The translations under genes and the position numbers were made by a program. The notes beneath the pieces are model-generated. The model saw only the letters and a program-made list of their open reading frames with translations. It was not told the DNA's origin and searched no databases. Positions 7,116 to 9,514 of a DNA stretch of 9,514 nucleotides are shown here, one piece after another. The stretch's first letter is position 1. Each line of letters begins with the position of its first letter. Source of the DNA: an uncultured archaeon (GTDB lineage Archaea > Iainarchaeota > Iainarchaeia > Iainarchaeales > 0-14-0-20-30-16); assembly GCA_964565125.1 (NCBI GenBank), contig CAZMCX010000010.1, positions 7,369 through 16,882 of the forward strand. Direction: 5' to 3'.

Positions 7116-7121
7116 GAAGTG

Positions 7122-7568
7122 TTACTTTTTAGGAGAAAAGCCCCAAATCTCGTCACCAACATAATGCAGATTCTTTATTACTTTCCCTTTATCCATGGCC
7201 TTGATTTCTGTTGAGCTATACATTGCAAGACCCAAAGCAAGATTTTTCTTGTGCTCTGCATCCGCAATAAAAACTGAGCTTTCTTTGGGAAACTCCTCTA
7301 CAGATATAATCCCTGGACGCATTAAGTCAGCACCTTTAACAACAAAAGGAATTGCACCTTTGTCTACATAAACATGTGGAAAAATAAGTGTGGTATTTTT
7401 TAGAGTGGGGTATATTGTCCCCCCAAGTTCAAAAAGCATTGGTACCCCATTTTGTAAAAATAAGTTTCTTGCTTTTTGGACTCGGTCTTTCACATCAAAA
7501 GAAATTTTGTATTTGGAAATTTTTTTGTTTAATTCTTTTATTTCTTTTTTGCTTAAAGTCTGTAACAT
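7122..7568 (-). CDS. PUA-domain RNA-binding protein (archaeal MCT-1/Tma20-like, pre-PUA plus PUA)
   Basis: 148 aa. The central and C-terminal segment DKGAIPFVVKGADLMRPGI resembles the PUA-domain GAxxMxPG signature. Size matches stand-alone archaeal PUA proteins. Confidence 0.7.
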   Translation of the reverse strand: MLQTLSKKEIKELNKKISKYKISFDVKDRVQKARNLFLQNGVPMLFELGGTIYPTLKNTTLIFPHVYVDKGAIPFVVKGADLMRPGIISVEEFPKESSVFIADAEHKKNLALGLAMYSSTEIKAMDKGKVIKNLHYVGDEIWGFSPKK

Positions 7569-7598
7569 ATAATCCCTAATAACTTATTTAATAATTAA

Positions 7599-7607
7599 TT
7601 TTATATA
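7599..7607 (+). promoter_or_regulatory. Candidate TATA box for the deaminase gene (leaderless geometry)
   Basis: TTTTATATA is centred ~26 nt upstream of ATG 7629, with no SD. Confidence 0.4.
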
Positions 7608-7628
7608 TTGTAACGCCTTATATTTTGC

Positions 7629-8096
7629 ATGTACGAAAAAAAATATATGTTAATGGCTATTGATGAAGCAAAGAAGGCAGTAAAAAACAAACATGGCGGA
7701 CCTTTTGGCGCTGTACTTCTTGTTGACGGAAAGATATTTAAAGCACATAATATGGTTTTGAAAGACCATGATCCTACTAGGCACGCAGAAATAAGAGTTA
7801 TTTCTAAGTGTTGTAAAAAACTAAAGAAAGAAAAACTGAAAAATGCAGTTTTATACTCTTCTACGGAACCTTGTCCTATGTGTTTATCTGCAATCCATTG
7901 GGCTGGAATTAACACAGTATATTATTCTACAGAAATTGAAGATGCAGACAAAGCAGGATTTGATGAAATTAATTTGCATGCAAAAGAAATAATTAAAATT
8001 GCAAAATTAAAAATGAAAGTCCAAGGCGGCTTAGAACGAGAAAAAGGATTAGAAGTATTTGAATTATTGAAAAAAATTAAATTAAAGAGATATTAA
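7629..8096 (+). CDS. CDA-fold zinc deaminase, GuaD-like (probable guanine deaminase; nucleoside/nucleotide deaminase family)
   Basis: 155 aa. Zinc motifs HAE (DPTRHAEI) and PCPMC (STEPCPMCLSAIHWAG). GGPFGAV near the N-terminus and DADKAGFD after the zinc site closely resemble Bacillus subtilis GuaD as I remember it. TadA-type or dCMP deaminase cannot be excluded without alignment. Confidence 0.75.
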   Translation: MYEKKYMLMAIDEAKKAVKNKHGGPFGAVLLVDGKIFKAHNMVLKDHDPTRHAEIRVISKCCKKLKKEKLKNAVLYSSTEPCPMCLSAIHWAGINTVYYSTEIEDADKAGFDEINLHAKEIIKIAKLKMKVQGGLEREKGLEVFELLKKIKLKRY

Positions 8097-8116
8097 ATTC
8101 CGAGGGCTTCTCTTAC

Positions 8117-8126
8117 TTTTCTTTTT
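8117..8126 (+). terminator. Oligo-T tract after the deaminase gene
   Basis: TTTTCTTTTT lies ~20 nt after the stop codon in the 37-nt convergent gap. Confidence 0.4.
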
Positions 8127-8133
8127 GTAAGAT

Positions 8134-8373
8134 CTAAAGTGTATTTTCCTCTGTTAAGTAAACCTTTCTTTGTGGCCCTTTTTCTCTTGGCGCACGAAAT
8201 CTATTATTTTTAATTTTGATTGCGGATTCTAATAATGAGTGCATTAGTTCTTTGCTTGCTCCTTGTTGTCTTGCACTTTCTAGAATAGATTTTAATCTTA
8301 GATCTACAGAATTAGTTTGTTTTCTTCTTAAAATGCTTTCAAGATGTCTTTCTGGTTTGTATGGTTTGGGCAT
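8134..8373 (-). CDS. Small basic hypothetical protein (79 aa) coupled to the GGDEF gene
   Basis: The ATG starts 1 nt after the upstream TAA stop (minus strand TAA-T-ATG). It contains three similar helical segments: HLESILRR, LKSILESARQ, HSLLESAIK. No recognised domain. Confidence 0.5.
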   Translation of the reverse strand: MPKPYKPERHLESILRRKQTNSVDLRLKSILESARQQGASKELMHSLLESAIKIKNNRFRAPREKGPQRKVYLTEENTL

Positions 8374-8374
8374 A

Positions 8375-9268
8375 TTAACGCCTTGCTTCTTTCATTCTTG
8401 CTTTGTTTTCTTTCATTCTTGTATCTGCTCTGTCTCTTAAATTAAGGATATACCTGTCAATTTCTCTTTTGTCATTGTTAGTTAATTGATTATACCTTGC
8501 TAATGAATTAACAGTTACTGGGCCTTTTTCTAAAGACATAGTGTGCCCTACAGCAAAGGATATTTCGGGAATATTAATTTGTGCAACTTCTAGGGCTTTA
8601 GTAACTCTGTGTCTCTTTTCGTTCCAAATTTTTTTTGCAATCCTTGTCAAATGTTCTACAAATCTGGTTACTACTTTCTCATATCTTTGATTTTTCCGTC
8701 TTGGCATACTAAGTAGAATTTCAAATTCATCTCCACCAGTTCTTGCCATTGTGAATTTTATGTCTGATTTATCATATAGTTTTGCTAACTCAACACCCAT
8801 CTGGCCCATAGTTCTTAAATAATTGTCACCTAAGCTGTGAGAGATAGAATCGTTTATTTTCTTTAAATTATTCATATCTATAACAAAGTAGGAAAAAACC
8901 CTGTCTGAATTTGTAACATAATGCCTTATCCTATTGTTGAAAGCGTCTTTGTTTAACAGGCCAGTAGTTTTGTCTCTTTCTGCCATAGCAGTAATAATAC
9001 CTAAATTTTTTGTAACTAAACGAGGATATGCTTGATCAAATTCTCTTAAAAACTCGTGTGCCCCCCCTTCCTTTGCTCTTTCTCGTAGTTCAGGGTAATT
9101 TAGGGCCATTCTTTCTAATAATTGTGCTCTTCCCATGGGGGTATTTAATGGTTGTTTTCTTCTATCTAACTCTACTACGCCGTGTTCAGGAATAATCGAC
9201 CTTGTTGTTCTTCGTTCATAATGTCTTAAATTAGGACTTACTTTCACCAATTTCCTTACTTTTGCCAT
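8375..9268 (-). CDS. GGDEF-domain protein (putative diguanylate cyclase) with an uncharacterised ~95-aa N-terminal region
   Basis: 297 aa. Linker TTGLLNKDAFNN. Motif VIDMNNLKKINDSISHSLGDNYL matches the GGDEF-domain consensus DxDxFKxINDxxGHxxGD. Intact RTGGDEF (GGDEF codons 8723-8737). C-terminal LRDRADTRMKENKA matches the ADxAmYxAK helix. The domain spans roughly 8414-8971. Confidence 0.85.
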   Translation of the reverse strand: MAKVRKLVKVSPNLRHYERRTTRSIIPEHGVVELDRRKQPLNTPMGRAQLLERMALNYPELRERAKEGGAHEFLREFDQAYPRLVTKNLGIITAMAERDKTTGLLNKDAFNNRIRHYVTNSDRVFSYFVIDMNNLKKINDSISHSLGDNYLRTMGQMGVELAKLYDKSDIKFTMARTGGDEFEILLSMPRRKNQRYEKVVTRFVEHLTRIAKKIWNEKRHRVTKALEVAQINIPEISFAVGHTMSLEKGPVTVNSLARYNQLTNNDKREIDRYILNLRDRADTRMKENKARMKEARR

Positions 9269-9290
9269 AATGAATTATAACTGGCTCAGG

Positions 9291-9298
9291 TATAAAAA
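9291..9298 (-). promoter_or_regulatory. Candidate TATA box for the GGDEF operon (leaderless geometry)
   Basis: The minus strand reads TTTTTATA, centred ~26 nt upstream of ATG 9268, with no SD. Confidence 0.4.
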
Positions 9299-9381
9299 GA
9301 TTTCTATGATATAAAATGTATAAATTACTAGAATATAAGTATGCTTGAGCATAGCGAAACATACTGTTTTTGGGCAACTTA

Positions 9382-9400
9382 CCCTTTTTTTAAAAAAGGG
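9382..9400. repeat. Perfect T-run/A-run palindrome just upstream of tRNA-Gly
   Basis: CCCTTTTTT-T-AAAAAAGGG ends 4 nt before the tRNA 5' end. Confidence 0.5.
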
Positions 9401-9404
9401 CAGA

Positions 9405-9476
9405 GCGGTTGTGATGTAACGGTTAGCATAATGGCCTTCCAAGCCATTCGTTCGGGTTCGAATCCCGGCGACCGCA
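9405..9476 (+). tRNA. trnG: tRNA-Gly (anticodon UCC), intronless
   Basis: Folded by hand: GCGGTTG TG ATGT AACGGTTA GCAT A ATGGC CTTCCAA GCCAT TCGT TCGGG TTCGAAT CCCGG CGACCGC A. 72 nt. G18G19, TTCGAAT T-loop and discriminator A73 are present. No encoded CCA. Confidence 0.93.
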
Positions 9477-9484
9477 TTTCTAAG

Positions 9485-9514
9485 CTTTTTCTTTCTTAAA
9501 AAGAAAGGAAAAAG
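9485..9514 (+). terminator. T-rich hairpin or bidirectional oligo-T element downstream of tRNA-Gly (truncated by window end)
   Basis: CTTTTTCTTTCTT-AAA-AAGAAAG(G)AAAAAG forms a ~13-bp stem with one bulged G. It starts 9 nt after the tRNA 3' end. Confidence 0.4.

Noticed and set aside
7388-7915. ORFs 7388-7579 (+), 7390-7572 (+) and 7601-7915 (-)
   Set aside because: They are antisense to the PUA and deaminase genes respectively. They are F/L/S-rich with no recognisable features. 7601-7915 would also have to start inside the shared promoter region.
8216-8440. Plus-strand 74-aa ORF with a TTG start
   Set aside because: It is antisense to the 79-aa ORF and the GGDEF 3' end. It is Cys/Ser/Leu-rich low-complexity sequence with a non-ATG start and no RBS.
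8375-9268. The GGDEF gene as bacterial contamination, or as a Cas10-type palm domain
   Set aside because: The gene is contiguous with archaeal-signature genes on both sides and shares their leaderless promoter geometry. The motif set (DxxxFKxIND-like, GHxxGD-like, GGDEF, ADxxMYxxK-like) is that of true GGDEF cyclases, not Cas10 (GGDD, much larger protein). An assembly chimera cannot be formally excluded without coverage data.
1-9514. CRISPR arrays, rRNA genes, integrases/transposases, toxin-antitoxin pairs
   Set aside because: No regularly spaced direct repeats, no rRNA-like conserved blocks, and no ORFs with recombinase or nuclease motifs were seen on either strand.

Overview
AT-rich archaeal chromosomal fragment, plausibly from a small-genome DPANN-like lineage (inference). 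Archaeal hallmarks: a group II chaperonin (thermosome), a Hel308/Ski2-type helicase, a bulge-helix-bulge tRNA intron, and A73 discriminators on tRNA-Trp and tRNA-Gly. I call eight CDSs: a lysine-rich hypothetical protein overlapping hel308, Hel308, a long-form U32 peptidase-like Fe-S protein, the thermosome, a PUA-domain protein, a GuaD-like CDA-fold deaminase, a GGDEF-domain protein, and a 79-aa protein coupled to it. There are two tRNAs, Trp-CCA on the minus strand and Gly-UCC on the plus strand. All other six-frame ORFs are antisense to these genes and look spurious. Three things deserve a second look. (1) tRNA-Trp carries a ~268-nt intron at the canonical 37/38 site with a textbook hBHBh' splice motif. 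The intron is packed with perfect hairpins and has a C-box heptamer but no D box. (2) A GGDEF protein with intact catalytic residues sits in an unambiguously archaeal context, coupled to a small repeat-containing basic protein. (3) A cluster of GGAAC-containing repeats and consecutive palindromes lies at the left edge (18-183). All functional calls rest on motifs I recognised by eye; no database search was possible. My own coordinates (not taken from the ORF track) may be off by 1-2 nt in homopolymer-rich stretches.
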